This document shows positions 61,612 through 64,000 of a stretch of DNA of 64,000 bases, one piece after another. The stretch is from the NCBI RefSeq assembly GCF_035594765.1, contig NC_085842.1, positions 280,969,749 through 281,033,748 of the forward strand. The letters run 5' to 3'. Each line of letters opens with the position of its first letter. Within the stretch, counting starts at the first letter, position 1. A model generated the notes under the pieces. That model was not told where the DNA came from. It worked only from the letters and a program-made list of their open reading frames with translations, and did not search any database. The DNA is from Anolis carolinensis (taxonomy: Eukaryota). Both the position numbers and the translations under genes were made by a program.

Positions 61612-62800
61612 TTTCTTTTTATTTTATTTTATTTTATAATGTTTATTTATTTTAATTCATTCAAATAACATACATTGCAAGTGTTTGTTGCATACAGTGC
61701 AATACTTTCATCTATTAGTCTTTCATAATCATTTCTCAGACAATATATTTTCAATAAGGGGTCACAGTCTTCTATTTGAATAGTACATATAAAAATATTA
61801 TAAGTTCCAAATTAATATCCATTTCCTCCTTGCCTTCAGTCTATTAGCTTCCTCTATGTACATTTTTAAATTAATTTTATATTGAGATATTGGATCATTG
61901 GTTGCATTCATTAACAAAGTTCTCTAACGGTTCTCCTCTTAAGTTCATTGTTATTTTGTCCATTATTAGCAACTCTGTAATATATTGTTCCAGTTCTGCT
62001 AAGGGAGGTACCTCTGAGGTTTTCCAATATTTATCTATATAATATATACTATATCTATCTATATACTATACTATCCGAGCTGCCACTGTCACGTAAAACA
62101 AAATACTTCTGTATTTCCTTTCCAATTCTTCTTTGGGCATGTTAATAATAATAAATAAAACTTTATTTATACCCCGCCACCATCTCCCCAGCGGGGACTC
62201 GGGGCGGCTAACATGGGGCCATGCCCAAAGCAATACAATATAATAAAATATAAAACAGCATATCATAACATAATTAAAAATAATACAATACATAATAATA
62301 AACATCACATCAAGAAATCAAGAAACAGTCAAACAAGAGCAGGCCGCATGAACACAAAGATAAAAGATACATTTGTGGTGTCATTTTAAAATTTGTATTT
62401 AATATCTTTTCTAGAGGTACATGAATCTGTTTCCAGTAGTTGTTTACTTTGTTGCATGACCACTACAGGTGGTAAAATGTGCCTTTTTCTTTCCCACATT
62501 TCCAGCATTTATCAGTGCAATTGTACATCTTTGCTAATCTCACTGGAGGGAGATACCACCGCAAATGCATTTTGTAAATGTTTTCTTTTAGGTTTTGACA
62601 TGCCGTGTACTTTGTTCTTCTATTCCATGTTTTTTCCCATTGGGCCATTTTTATCTCTTGACCGATGTATTGAGCCCATCTAACCATTGGGTCCTTTACT
62701 ACTTCCTCATATTTCATTGACTTCTCAGCAGCATTATGATGAATACTAAAAGGTTCTTCATTAACTGACTGACTCAACAAATACCAGTACTGCCATTTTG
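61612..62800 (-). mobile_element. Older L1 3' fragment (different family), interrupted by an L2 tail
   Basis: MVRWAQYIG..WEKTWN..KYT..LKENIYK..RWY..KCWKC..GTFYH is homologous to the C-terminus of the full-length ORF2. T-rich tail at ~61612. Confidence 0.85.
62143..62367 (-). mobile_element. L2 3' end
   Basis: The reverse complement matches 46470-46530 (GGCATGGCCCCATGT.AGCCGCCCCGAGTCCC). Confidence 0.85.
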
Positions 62801-63773
62801 ATTTGTCAGCTGGTTTGAGAACTTTTTACGTGACTAATTCCAACTAGCCTATTGGTGCCAGTAGCAAGGAAGCTAGAGAAAAGACTGCCAAGAGTTAGCA
62901 GAAAGAATCTACAATAGGTTCATAGTCAGTGTCAGAAGCTGTGACAACCATGCAGATTTTACAGATGAAGCCTGAGATTTAGTGGGAATCAATGGCTGCT
63001 AATTTGTTAGAAGTAAAACTCTAGATTAGATTGCAAAACAGGCCCATCCTCTTGAGGAGCAAGACATTTCATTAGCTAGATCTCAAGAGCTAAATGCACC
63101 CCCTCCACCATTCAAGCATCATACCTAATTGGATTCTTCAGATGCTACCATCCCAAATGTGGTCTTATTCATTAAGAATACACAAGAGTCAAGTAGGATC
63201 ACAGAAAAGCTAATCTGGCCCAGCATTCTGTTCACATAGTGGCCACCCAGATGCCAACATGAAGGCTGAAAGAAGGACATGAAGGCCACAGGCCTCTGCC
63301 TCTAGGTCTCTTGTGTTCCTCCAAAAAGTGGCATATAACAGCCTTGCTGTCTATCATAGGGAATATATATCCATTATGAGCAGTACTCATTGATAATTTT
63401 TACCTCTTTTATCAGTCTTATTGCAATCCACATTTGAAAATGTAATGCAAGACAGTTGTGCAAGACAGTTTTTTCTTATATAGAAGGCCACTTTTATTAA
63501 CATAGGACTACTTGTGCATCCTTCCCTACCTATATTGTCTGCAACCTCACCTCTGTGTGTATGCATGTGAGTTGCAACTCACCATACCACCTCATGCATC
63601 TGATAAAGTGGATTCCACTACGTGAGAGCTTATTGCTAGTCTTTGATGTGCCATATAGACGTTGTGTATACATGGCGGGGGCTGAAAAACAGGCTCTTAC
63701 CTGAGGCTGAAATCCTATGCCCAGAAGTTTTAATTCTGCGTAGATTATATAGAATTGTGACATTAATTTAACC

Positions 63774-63909
63774 CAATGGTGTCAAACCTGTGGCCCTCCA
63801 GGTATTTTGGGCTTCAGCACCCAGAATTCCTGGCCATTGGACAAATTGCCTAGGGCTTCTGGGAGTTGGAAGACCAAATATTTGGAAGGTCACAAGTTTG
63901 ACACCTCTG
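63774..63909. mobile_element. Palindromic hAT MITE
   Basis: GGTGTCAAAC..GTTTGACACC inverted ends and perfect 8-bp TSD ATTTAACC at 63766-63773 and 63910-63917. Confidence 0.85.
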
Positions 63910-64000
63910 ATTTAACCATAGAAATGGCATAGATGGCAAGAGCCATCCAGTTTGAGGAAAACCCAATCAAAGCATCCCTGACAGATGGCCATCCAGCTTC

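Overview
This is vertebrate, repeat-rich, essentially non-coding DNA, intronic or intergenic. Its repeat repertoire (Sauria-type SINEs, BovB, L2 with (TTA)n tails, Vingi, CR1, Penelope, Ngaro/DIRS, many hAT/Tigger/Harbinger MITEs) points to a squamate lizard, most likely Anolis; this is an inference. I could not identify a host protein-coding gene; there is one plausible 25-nt microexon at 60456-60480. The dominant feature is a full-length ~6.2 kb L1 (20566-26795) with a 14-bp target-site duplication (TSD), an intact ORF1 and an ORF2 broken only by two +1 homopolymer insertions. Also present are an internally deleted Ngaro-type tyrosine-recombinase retrotransposon with split direct repeats (A1..B1-A2-B2) and two solo LTRs with 5-bp TSDs. 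A Penelope palindrome carries two facing minimal hammerhead-ribozyme motifs. A GC-box-packed hAT MITE forms a portable CpG island, and SINEs with related heads carry three different LINE-derived tails. There are two 138-N assembly gaps. I found no convincing wholly new biological system. Family names come from motif recognition, not database searches.
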